A stretch of 64,000 nucleotides of DNA from Planctomycetota bacterium (GTDB taxonomy: Bacteria; Planctomycetota; Phycisphaerae; WQYP01): NCBI GenBank assembly GCA_021808485.1, contig JAKBBN010000003.1, forward strand, positions 3,341 to 67,340. Direction: 5' to 3'. The translations under genes were made by a program, and so were the position numbers. The notes beneath the pieces were generated by a model. That model saw only the letters and a program-made list of their open reading frames with translations. It made no database searches and had not been told where the DNA came from. Each line of letters begins with the position of its first letter. Position 1 is the first letter of the stretch. Shown one piece after another: positions 1 to 8,789 of this stretch.

Positions 1-689
1 AATATGAATGGGCCAGTGTGCCGGACCCGGAAGTAATCCCGCAATTGATGGCGGACAATGCCCCCGTGGAGCAATGGGTGAAGCCGGATCCGGAAAAGCC
101 GCTGGTCTGGCATACCCATGGTGTGGGCCGGCCGCACGATGTAACGCTCGTTCCATTTTACAAAGTGGCGCACGAGCGATATGTGGTCTACTTTAATCCG
201 CTGACACCCGGCCAATGGGCGCAGGAAAAGCGGATGGAGGCCCAACGCCGCAAAACCGACCGCCTGGTACGTGAACATACGATTGACCGGCTGGCCGTCG
301 GCAGCGCCGCATCATTGAAGGCACACCACCTGCGCGACGAAGTCAATGTGGATCAGGGCCATGCGCCGGCCGGCCATTGGATCGACGCCCACGACGGCGG
401 CGGATTCACCTTCAGCCTGAAGGTTCTTCCGGATTCACCGATGGCGCTGGCCTGCACATGGTGGGGCAGCGACAGCGGCGGAAGAAAGTTCCACATCATG
501 GTGGATGGAAAGGTCATTGCCACGCAAGTTCTTGATGCGATTGATCCGGGCCGGCTGCACACCATTGTTTATGATATTCCACGTTCATTGACCAAGGGTA
601 AAACCACGATTTCCGTCCGTTTGCAGGCGGATCCGGGCAATTTCGCCGGGGGCCTGTTTGACTGTCGCAGCATTCAGCTGCCGGGTTAA
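1..689 (+). CDS. 3' part of a glycoside-hydrolase gene (GH127/DUF1680-like C-terminal region); the 5' end lies outside the window
   Basis: The frame is open from base 3 to TAA at 687-689. Segments VTLVPFYKVAHERYVVYF and FHIMVDGKVIATQVL...ISVRLQADPGN recall the C-terminal beta-sandwich domains of six-hairpin glycosidases. The family call is from memory only. Confidence 0.55.
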   Translation, partial: YEWASVPDPEVIPQLMADNAPVEQWVKPDPEKPLVWHTHGVGRPHDVTLVPFYKVAHERYVVYFNPLTPGQWAQEKRMEAQRRKTDRLVREHTIDRLAVGSAASLKAHHLRDEVNVDQGHAPAGHWIDAHDGGGFTFSLKVLPDSPMALACTWWGSDSGGRKFHIMVDGKVIATQVLDAIDPGRLHTIVYDIPRSLTKGKTTISVRLQADPGNFAGGLFDCRSIQLPG

Positions 690-749
690 GGCGCGTGCAG
701 GCCGGAGTGCCGCACGGGCGTGCAAAACCGTATGAATAGGGCCAAAAGC

Positions 750-777
750 CGCCTGCCGGCCCCTGGGCCGGCAGGCG
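750..777 (+). terminator. GC-rich hairpin downstream of the truncated hydrolase gene
   Basis: Perfect 12-bp stem CGCCTGCCGGCC / GGCCGGCAGGCG with loop CCTG, 61 nt after the stop. It is followed by CGGTTTA, a weak T tract. Confidence 0.5.
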
Positions 778-790
778 CGGTTTACCCATC

Positions 791-830
791 TTGTAAAACC
801 ATGGTTTTACAACCCCGCCGATGCTATAAT
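791..830. promoter_or_regulatory. Perfect 22-bp palindrome next to an extended -10 box; candidate operator and promoter for the ior-family gene
   Basis: TTGTAAAACCATGGTTTTACAA (791..812) equals its own reverse complement. TGCTATAAT (822..830) fits the TGnTATAAT pattern. The right half-site TTTACA sits where a -35 element would be. Confidence 0.35.
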
Positions 831-1138
831 GCCGGACAAGGATGCTGCCCGGACGGCATACCGGCGTGTGCTGCGGTCAGCCTGCCTTGGAAGGCGGAAT
901 AGCCTGAAAGCTGTGATGAGGGCGGGGTGACAGGTTAACGCCGCACCACCGGCGGCCGGAACCGGGATAGGCGGCTGCGGCCAGGCTGCAGCGGCTGAAA
1001 TACCGCCTCGGCGGGACAGAGTGGCGCCAAAGAGCCGCCATTTGGTCCATGGAAACAATAAGACTTAAAAGAGGCTTGACGAGCCGAATTGTTCGCTGAA
1101 GGAATCCGGACGAAGGTTTGAGCATACGGAAGTAATGC

Positions 1139-4100
1139 ATGAAAATAGACCCCCGCTTTGCAGTTGAGAACGGCGCTGAAATCTTCGGCGGATCGGAACT
1201 GCTGGTAAAAGGGTGTTTGGAAACGCCGGGCGGCGTGGCGCTGCTGACCGGTTATCCGGGATCTCCGCTGGCCGGTTTTTTTGACACCTGCGGTGATATT
1301 GCGGAATTGCTGGACGCGCATGGCGTATGCGCAAAAATGGCCAACAACGAAGCCATCAGCGTGGCGATGCTGAATGGCTCGCAAATGGTGGGGGTAAAGG
1401 GAATTGCGGTATTTAAATCCGTCGGGCTGCATGTGGCCGCCGACGCGCTGGCGCTGGGCAACCTGGCGGGGATTCCGCACCCCTCCGGTGGAGCGATTGT
1501 TGTAAGCGGTGATGATCCCTGGAGCGATTCCACGCAGGTGCCGGCGGATTCGCGATTTTTGTTTGAACATTTGCGTGTGCCGGTGCTGGAACCGGCCAAT
1601 CCGCAGGAACTCAAGGATTGGGTCGCATTTGGGTTTGACCTGTCCGCCGCATCCAAGCTTTATATCGGCATGATGGTAACCGTGGCGCTGGCGGACGGGG
1701 GCGGCACGGTCATTTGCCGGGAAAACCACTGGCCGGTCATTTCCACCAAAGATCGCATCGCCATAGAAACGGCTAAAATTCCCGTTGATACCACCGTTTT
1801 GCTGCCGCCCCGAAGCTGGAAACAGGAATTGACGTTCCCCAGCCGCTTCGCCGCTCTTCTGGAACGATGCCGACAGCTCGGGCTTTCGAAAATCATCAAT
1901 CCAATTGAACGCACGTGGCGCGGCGGCCGGAGTGAAAAATGCCCCATCGGATTTATATCCTCGGGCATGTCCTATACCATTCTTATGCATGCGCTGCAGG
2001 AAATGGGACTTGCCGGTTCATTTCCCACACTGAAACTGGCGATCAGTTACCCGATTGACACCAAGCTCGTCGATGAGCTTGCCGGCATGTGTGAACGCAT
2101 CATCGTGGTGGAAGAGCGCCGCAGCTTTATTGAAAAACAGGCGGCTGAGCACTTTACCACGCAGCGGCAGCTGCATCCGGAGCACCCCAATGCCGCGGTG
2201 CAGCTTTGGGGCAAGGTTTTTCCGGATAAGCAGCCGGGTATTCCGTCCTCCCGCGGATTGCACCCATCGATCCTGATTGAGCTTATCACGCGACTGTTGC
2301 GTGATACGCCCAATATTCCGCATGAACTTTCCAACGGCCGGCTTTCCGAAGAACTCGCCACCATCGCCATGGCGAACAACGCGCCGGCGGCGGTGCCGGT
2401 GCGCACGCCGGCCTATTGCCCCGGCTGCCCGCATCGGGATTCTTCCAGTGCCCTGCTGGAAATCCGACAGGACCTTCTGGATCCGCAGTACATGCAACAG
2501 CATCACGGCAAAGGGCCGGTTGATCTTGTCGCGCATGGCGATACCGGCTGCTACACCATGATGATGTTTGAACCCAACAAACCATTGATGCACAACTACA
2601 GCGGCATGGGTCTTGGCGGGGCCACGGGCGGCGGCGTTGACCCGTTTATCACCAACAAACAACTCGTATTCATGGGGGACGGCACATTCTTTCATTCCGG
2701 GCAGGTGGCGATCGCCAACTCGATTAACCAGGGGCAGGATATCACCTATATCATCCTGCAGAACGGCACCACCGCCATGACGGGGCATCAAACCAATCCC
2801 ACGCAGGAAAAAGACATTCTGGGGCACCAGGCCCTTTCACATGACATTGAACGGATCGTACGCGCCATGATCCCTGATGCCGCCGGCCCGCTGCGATTCC
2901 GCGGCCGGGAAGGCCGCAATGAACCGCAACCCCGCGTAGTCCGCCTGCATCCGCAGGATCGCGATCATTACCGCAGCATGCTGGAACGCATTATTCTGCA
3001 GGACGGCGTGAAAGTTGTGGTGGCGGACAAGGAATGCGGCATTACTTTTCACCGCCGGCGGCACCGCGCGGAAGTGGCGGAGAAGAAGGAACTCGGCTTC
3101 ATCCGGCAAAAAGCCTATATGAATGTGACGGAGGAAGTCTGCGAATATTGCCTGGAGTGCACAAACCAGACGGGCTGTCCGGCGCTGAAAATATCCCAGA
3201 CGGATTACGGCCCGAAAATCCAGACGGATTTCACCACCTGTGTGAATGATGGAGCCTGCTCGCGCATTCACGCGTGCCCCAGTTTTGAACAGGTGATCGT
3301 CACGCGCAGCCGCCCGCCGCGGATGCCGGATGAAGTTGTGGACCTGACGGGCATGCCGGAGCCGCCGCCGTTGAAAATGGGGGATCAGTGGCGGTGCTAC
3401 ATGGCGGGAGTGGGCGGGATGGGCATCGGCGTGGCCGGTGAAATTCTGGTGCGTGCCGGCCATAAGGAAGGCTATCAAATTTCATTTGTGGACAAAAAGG
3501 GACTGGCCATCCGCAACGGCGGAGTGTTCAGCCAGTTGCTGTTTTCCCGCGCGCCTATTCAGGGTTCGGCGATTACTCCGTTCGGCAAGGCGGATTTGCT
3601 GATAGGCATTGACGCCGTGGAAGCCGCGCGGGCCATTTCCCCCAACGATTACCTGAGGGTGGCTTCACCAAAACATACCCGGGCGGTGGTGAACGTCGGC
3701 AAGACGCCCACGATTTTAACCCTGCTGGGCCGCGAGGATTTTTCCCCGGAGGCTTTGGCGGAGGCGATCCGCGGGCAGTGCATGCCGGGGCAGTTCTTCA
3801 GCTTTAACGTGGGCGATTTATGCGAGCGCCTGCTGGATTCCAAGCTGTACGCCAATATCATGATGCTGGGAGTGGCGTATCAGCTCGGCTTTATACCGGT
3901 TTCCTATAAAAGCATCACGTGGGCGATCCGCCATGCCGTCCGCCGGGAATTTGAACGCAACTACCGGGCGTTTAATATCGGCCGGAAAATTGTGCTGCGG
4001 CCGGACCTTTTCGGCGTGGCCGCGGCGCATGAAATTGAAACGGTGGATCAGGCCATTGAGCGCAAGGCCAACATTTTAAAGGTAAGCTCCATCTGGGGGG

Positions 4101-4849
4101 CGGGCAATGCGCGGCAATACCGGGAAATATGCCGCGAATCGCTGGCGGCGATGAAAGGCCTGGAAGAATCGGCACAGCGGGATTTTGCCATCCGCCTGTT
4201 TGACGCAATACAGTGGGGCACATTGCCTTACGGCCGTTCCTATGCGGCGCGCGTTGTAAAAACATGGCAGCAGGACACCGCAGAACGGAACTTTGCCGTC
4301 ACAAAGGCGGTGATCTGGAACCTGGCCAAAGTGATGATGATTAAAGATGAAGTGTACGTGGCCATGATGTACACCAGCCCGGAAAAATACCGGCGGGATC
4401 GACGGCGATTTAACGTGAACCCCGCGAACGGGGACCGGATCAAATACCTGCATTTGAACCGCCCGGAGTTTGACATTGCCGGGTTTAAAGTGCGGTTTCA
4501 CCTGAAAGGCCATGATTGGCAGATGCGTATTTTGCGTCATTGCCGGTTTTTGCGGTCGTTGCTGCCGGCTTGGCACTCCCGTGAAAAAGCTTTCCGGGAT
4601 TGGTACATCCACCTGGTGGATACCTGCGAACTCCATGAACCGTGGCTGTACAACCTGTGGCTGGATATCCTTAACACACCCCAAAGTGTCACGGGTTATC
4701 GGGAAGTGCGGTATCCCAAACAGGATGCGGCAATGGCACGGGTGCGGGAAATTTCCAGTGCGATTGCGGCGGGTAAATCCGACAGCCGCTTCCGGCAGAC
4801 CGCGCGTACCGTGAATCTTTCCAACCAGATCATGAGCAGTTTCCGGTAA
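1139..4849 (+). CDS. Indolepyruvate/2-oxoacid:ferredoxin oxidoreductase family protein (fused alpha-beta type)
   Basis: 1236-aa ORF. It has a PFOR/TPP-type N-terminal region (GYPGSPL, GDGTFFHSG), a Cys-rich ferredoxin-like segment (CEYCLECTNQTGCP) and an IorB-like GVGGMGIG segment. GGAAG lies 8 nt upstream of the ATG. Confidence 0.9.
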   Translation: MKIDPRFAVENGAEIFGGSELLVKGCLETPGGVALLTGYPGSPLAGFFDTCGDIAELLDAHGVCAKMANNEAISVAMLNGSQMVGVKGIAVFKSVGLHVAADALALGNLAGIPHPSGGAIVVSGDDPWSDSTQVPADSRFLFEHLRVPVLEPANPQELKDWVAFGFDLSAASKLYIGMMVTVALADGGGTVICRENHWPVISTKDRIAIETAKIPVDTTVLLPPRSWKQELTFPSRFAALLERCRQLGLSKIINPIERTWRGGRSEKCPIGFISSGMSYTILMHALQEMGLAGSFPTLKLAISYPIDTKLVDELAGMCERIIVVEERRSFIEKQAAEHFTTQRQLHPEHPNAAVQLWGKVFPDKQPGIPSSRGLHPSILIELITRLLRDTPNIPHELSNGRLSEELATIAMANNAPAAVPVRTPAYCPGCPHRDSSSALLEIRQDLLDPQYMQQHHGKGPVDLVAHGDTGCYTMMMFEPNKPLMHNYSGMGLGGATGGGVDPFITNKQLVFMGDGTFFHSGQVAIANSINQGQDITYIILQNGTTAMTGHQTNPTQEKDILGHQALSHDIERIVRAMIPDAAGPLRFRGREGRNEPQPRVVRLHPQDRDHYRSMLERIILQDGVKVVVADKECGITFHRRRHRAEVAEKKELGFIRQKAYMNVTEEVCEYCLECTNQTGCPALKISQTDYGPKIQTDFTTCVNDGACSRIHACPSFEQVIVTRSRPPRMPDEVVDLTGMPEPPPLKMGDQWRCYMAGVGGMGIGVAGEILVRAGHKEGYQISFVDKKGLAIRNGGVFSQLLFSRAPIQGSAITPFGKADLLIGIDAVEAARAISPNDYLRVASPKHTRAVVNVGKTPTILTLLGREDFSPEALAEAIRGQCMPGQFFSFNVGDLCERLLDSKLYANIMMLGVAYQLGFIPVSYKSITWAIRHAVRREFERNYRAFNIGRKIVLRPDLFGVAAAHEIETVDQAIERKANILKVSSIWGAGNARQYREICRESLAAMKGLEESAQRDFAIRLFDAIQWGTLPYGRSYAARVVKTWQQDTAERNFAVTKAVIWNLAKVMMIKDEVYVAMMYTSPEKYRRDRRRFNVNPANGDRIKYLHLNRPEFDIAGFKVRFHLKGHDWQMRILRHCRFLRSLLPAWHSREKAFRDWYIHLVDTCELHEPWLYNLWLDILNTPQSVTGYREVRYPKQDAAMARVREISSAIAAGKSDSRFRQTARTVNLSNQIMSSFR

Positions 4850-4931
4850 TTTGATTGCTCCCTGGGCACCACGCCAGCCTCGCAGGCGGGGCCGGGGAAG
4901 CATCGGCGGCCGAATTCAAAGCGATACAGGA

Positions 4932-4960
4932 TTGACGCCGTCACAGGCGGCAACTAGCAT
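4932..4960 (+). promoter_or_regulatory. Candidate sigma70-type promoter
   Basis: TTGACG (4932..4937), a 17-nt spacer, then TAGCAT (4955..4960), about 100 nt upstream of the metallophosphoesterase start. Confidence 0.2.
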
Positions 4961-5056
4961 ACCGTCAGGCAGGAATCGGCGGGACCTGGCACAAGAACCC
5001 AAGCCGGTTACCGGTGGATTTTACGGAATGGGCGGCCGGGCGTACGCGGAAAATGC

Positions 5057-5962
5057 ATGGCAGAAAAACAGATATCCAATCAACAACCGGAAAACGACAG
5101 CGTCGGGCCGTTGTCCAGCGTGAAAAACGCGCATCAGCCTGAAAAGGTGGAGCAAGTCACGGATCCGCTGGAACAAAGCATCCAGCCGCTGGAACCGGGG
5201 CCGCAGGATCCGCCGTTGGCCATCATTTCCGATATTCATGCCAATTACGAAGCGCTGCAGGCGGTCATGGCGGAAATACGCTCGCGCAATATCGAACATA
5301 TCTGCTGCCTAGGCGATGTGATCGGTTACGGGCCAAACCCGCTGGAATGTCTGGACACGGTTATTGATAATTGTGAATTCACCATTATGGGAAATCACGA
5401 TTTCGCTATTTTTTACGAACCATTTAACTTTAATACCGCCGCGGAAAATGCCGCTTACTGGACGCGCGGGCAGTTTGAAGCCGATTCGGACCGTGTCCGG
5501 CGCAACCGCCGCTGGCGGTACCTGGGGAATATGCAGACGCGCATGAACCATAAGCGATTTCTGGCGGTTCACGGTTCCCCCCGTCGGCCGATCAATGAAT
5601 ATATATTCCCGGATGATATTTATTCCGCGACAATTAAAATCCAGAGCATTTTTGACCGCATCACACATCTGTGCTTTGTCGGCCATACCCATGTTCCCGG
5701 CGTATTTGTGCCCCAGCCGGACTTTTACTCCCCGGAAGATCTGAACAACGAATACCGGATCAGTGATGAAAAAGCGATCATCAACGTGGGTTCCGTCGGC
5801 CAGCCGCGTGATCATGACCCGCGTGCGAGTTTTGTCATTCTGCATCATGACCGGGTGGAGTTTTTGAGGGTGGCTTACGATGTCAATGCCACGGTTGATA
5901 AAGTGCGGTCAATAGATGCGCTGGACAATTTTCTTGGCCAGCGTCTTCTGGAGGGGACCTGA
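5057..5962 (+). CDS. Metallophosphoesterase (calcineurin-like) family protein
   Basis: Motifs DIHANYEAL, GDVIGYGPNP, GNHD and GHTH occur in the canonical order. There is a roughly 55-aa low-complexity N-terminal extension. Confidence 0.85.
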   Translation: MAEKQISNQQPENDSVGPLSSVKNAHQPEKVEQVTDPLEQSIQPLEPGPQDPPLAIISDIHANYEALQAVMAEIRSRNIEHICCLGDVIGYGPNPLECLDTVIDNCEFTIMGNHDFAIFYEPFNFNTAAENAAYWTRGQFEADSDRVRRNRRWRYLGNMQTRMNHKRFLAVHGSPRRPINEYIFPDDIYSATIKIQSIFDRITHLCFVGHTHVPGVFVPQPDFYSPEDLNNEYRISDEKAIINVGSVGQPRDHDPRASFVILHHDRVEFLRVAYDVNATVDKVRSIDALDNFLGQRLLEGT

Positions 5963-6144
5963 CAGTGGATTGCCGGGAGAAAACCGGCTTTAAGAAATTG
6001 CCGCATGCCTTGGCGACGGGTCCGTGCAGAAAATGCGCCCCTGACCGGCGCAACGGCGGCCGCGGGTATTTCGCAATCGGCGGCCCGGCTGCCGCCTGTT
6101 GTGCCGTACAAAGCCGCGGCTCCCGCACTTAGAACAGGAAAACC

Positions 6145-8064
6145 ATGGACCTTAAGCAATTATTCCGACTGATGATCATAGTGCTGCTGGTTGTGCTGGG
6201 CACAAACCTGGTCATGACGCATTTTTTTTCCAACCAGCCGCAAAAAAAGCCGGCGATCGGCGGGGCCTCCCCGCAGGTTAAGGCAAACTGGAATCCCGCG
6301 GGAGCCAAGCTGGTCAAGCTTGGCGACAGCGCGCCGGGGTCGAAATTCAATCTTGCCGTAACGGTCAGCAACGTGGGCGCCGGACTGGACCACGTTGCCA
6401 TTAATGCTTCGCTGTACCGTGCGGATCTAAATTCAAACAAGCCGCTGCAGTTGCTGAAGCATCAGCGGGATTTTCCATACGCTTTGGCGGCCAGGTCCGC
6501 CACGCTGCCCGGCGCCGGACTGTTCAATCTTAATTCACCATGGACGATTGCGTCGGTTAACGCGGCGCGTACCAGGGCGGTCCTGCAATACGAGTTGCTG
6601 GCGGCGAATCACAAGCCGCTGGCAATGCTGGAACGCATCTATCACCTGAATCCACATTCCTATGATTTGCACGTTACGCAGCGGATTATCAACGAAACCG
6701 GCAGGCCGCTGCAGATATCAATGAAAATGATCGGTTTGACCAGTCTGCCGCTGGGCCATGAAGAAACCGATCTGCGAACCATCCAAAGCGCCACGTATCG
6801 CAGTGCGAGCAAATTTCTGGATGTCAGCGGTTCACCGGAAGCCTACCAGGTGAAAATGCTGGGGGCTGGCGCCGCGCCGGTGCCGCTGGGCAGTTTTACG
6901 GGCGAAAATCAGATTTTGTGGATTGCGTCATCCAACCGCTTTTTCACCATGATCATGCGACCGCTGCCGTCCGGCGCGGCGACATATGAATATTTCGACA
7001 GCGGCAAAAAATTCCCGGAAATTAACTTTCTGGGCAAGGCGACCGTGCGGCGGATGGGTCCGAACGCGGATGAGGCGGACCCGCGAGGCGTGCTGGGGGT
7101 GGCTTTAAACTCCTCCCTCCTGACTGTTCCGGCGCACGGCCGGACGGACATGCCGTTTGTGATTTACTGCGGCCCCAAGAAACGGGCGATTCTCGCCGGG
7201 TCTGCGGCCGCCAAGCCCGGTTCGCATGCCTATGACTACCGGCTTTACAATTATCTGTCGGTGATTCAATTCAACCAGGGGAGTTGGTGCTCATTTCTCA
7301 CGTTTTCATGGCTGTCGCTGGCTATTCTTAAGCTTCTGGACTGGATCCATGCCGTGGTCGGCAATTACGGCATCGCCATCATGATACTGGTGCTGTTTGT
7401 CCGCCTGCTGCTGCATCCGCTGACGCGCTGGGGCCAGGTGAATATGACCACCATGCAGCGCAAAATGGCCAAACTGCAGCCGGAAATTGAACGCATTAAA
7501 ACCAAATATGCCAAGGACAAGCAGCGGCTGCAGCAGGAGACGATGCAGCTTTACCGCCAGCGGAATGTGAACCCGGCCGCAGGCGTGCTGGGCTGCCTGC
7601 CCATGCTGCTGCAAATGCCCATCTGGATCGCTCTTTATTCCGGACTTCAGGTGGATATTGATCTCCGGCAGGCCAGCTTCATTCCCGGATGGATCACGGA
7701 TCTTTCCGGTCCGGACACATTGGCCCGCTTTCATACTTCGTTTCAGATTCCCATCCTTGGCTATTCATCCCATGGACAGGATTTTATCGCCTTCAACCTG
7801 CTGCCGCTTCTGCTGGGAATCGTGTTTTTCCTGCAAATGCGGTTTCAAATGCGATTGGCGCCCACTCCGACGGATCCCCAACAGAGACAGGCGCAAAAAA
7901 TGACGCAGTTTATGGTGATTCTGTTTCCGCTATTTTTATACAACGCCCCCTCCGGCCTGAATCTTTATATTTGCGCCAGCACGCTGGGCGGTCTGATTGA
8001 TATGACTCTTATCCGCCGCCATATCAAAAAACTGGATGCGAAGGCCGCGGCCGAAGCGGCCTGA
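6145..8064 (+). CDS. yidC: Membrane protein insertase YidC
   Basis: 639 aa. It has an N-terminal TM segment, a large periplasmic domain and the C-terminal insertase core (MQRKMAKLQPEIERIKTKYAKDKQRLQQETMQLYRQRNVNP, LPMLLQMPIWIALY). Confidence 0.9.
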   Translation: MDLKQLFRLMIIVLLVVLGTNLVMTHFFSNQPQKKPAIGGASPQVKANWNPAGAKLVKLGDSAPGSKFNLAVTVSNVGAGLDHVAINASLYRADLNSNKPLQLLKHQRDFPYALAARSATLPGAGLFNLNSPWTIASVNAARTRAVLQYELLAANHKPLAMLERIYHLNPHSYDLHVTQRIINETGRPLQISMKMIGLTSLPLGHEETDLRTIQSATYRSASKFLDVSGSPEAYQVKMLGAGAAPVPLGSFTGENQILWIASSNRFFTMIMRPLPSGAATYEYFDSGKKFPEINFLGKATVRRMGPNADEADPRGVLGVALNSSLLTVPAHGRTDMPFVIYCGPKKRAILAGSAAAKPGSHAYDYRLYNYLSVIQFNQGSWCSFLTFSWLSLAILKLLDWIHAVVGNYGIAIMILVLFVRLLLHPLTRWGQVNMTTMQRKMAKLQPEIERIKTKYAKDKQRLQQETMQLYRQRNVNPAAGVLGCLPMLLQMPIWIALYSGLQVDIDLRQASFIPGWITDLSGPDTLARFHTSFQIPILGYSSHGQDFIAFNLLPLLLGIVFFLQMRFQMRLAPTPTDPQQRQAQKMTQFMVILFPLFLYNAPSGLNLYICASTLGGLIDMTLIRRHIKKLDAKAAAEAA

Positions 8065-8125
8065 CCACACCGGCGGAATAGGAACCGCCTGCGGCAGATA
8101 ATTTTGCCATTCAGGGTGAAATTTT

Positions 8126-8737
8126 ATGCATCGCACCGGCAAAAAAATTATGCCGCGGGCGGCGGCCAAGGCCCCTCAAACCGCAACGGCCCGAATAAGT
8201 CGTTCAGCGGCCGGACAGCGTGTCTCCATTGCGTTGCCCAATGGCGCATTGATGGAAACCCGGCTGAAGCAAGACCATGGAAAAGCCGCCACATCAGCCA
8301 TTTATTATATTGCGGCGTCGGGCCGGCAAGTGCGATGGAAACCCGGCCGCCAATACGCCGGCGGATCCATGTGGCACGTGGACGGCCGCGGAAACATTTA
8401 TGGTTTTGATTTTAATAAACCGCGCCGGGTCTATATCTGCAGGATGGATGGGCGGCACGTGGCCACCCTGATACTTTTCCTGCACAGGAAAAGCCTCCTG
8501 CGGCCGACCTTTTTCCGCACCGGAGTCCGGGGTATCCGTTTTTCAGCCGGCGGCGGAAAAAGGGAATTTCTGTCATGGGACTGCTTGGCGCGGCGGCTCC
8601 GCCGTCGCCGGGGTGCGGCCTATGCCGCCGGTGCCATGGCCTGGCTGACCGGCCGGACGGAGGCGGCCCGCCGCCGATCTGCCGCGCCTCCGGAGGCGGG
8701 GAAGCGAGCGTCTGTGACTTTGGAAAAAGACCGGTAG
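8126..8737 (+). CDS. Hypothetical protein (uncertain gene)
   Basis: 203-aa ORF filling the yidC-recN gap. Codon third positions look like neighbouring genes and the first half looks protein-like (YYIAASGRQVRWKPGRQYAGGSMWHVDGRGNIYGFDF). The second half is Arg/Ala-rich, the SD is weak, and all six frames are open here. Confidence 0.35.
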   Translation: MHRTGKKIMPRAAAKAPQTATARISRSAAGQRVSIALPNGALMETRLKQDHGKAATSAIYYIAASGRQVRWKPGRQYAGGSMWHVDGRGNIYGFDFNKPRRVYICRMDGRHVATLILFLHRKSLLRPTFFRTGVRGIRFSAGGGKREFLSWDCLARRLRRRRGAAYAAGAMAWLTGRTEAARRRSAAPPEAGKRASVTLEKDR

Positions 8738-8789
8738 AATATGCATGCCCGGATGAATACGGGCTTTGCAACCGGTTTTATGGTGCGTC

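Noticed and set aside
935-4903. A series of minus-strand ORFs (351, 269, 213 and 275 aa) antisense to the ior-family gene, one extending into the 690..1138 spacer.
   Set aside because: They are Arg/Gly/His-rich translations without motifs. They overlap a well-supported 1236-aa gene whose N-terminus at 1139 matches the family. They are GC-driven shadow ORFs.
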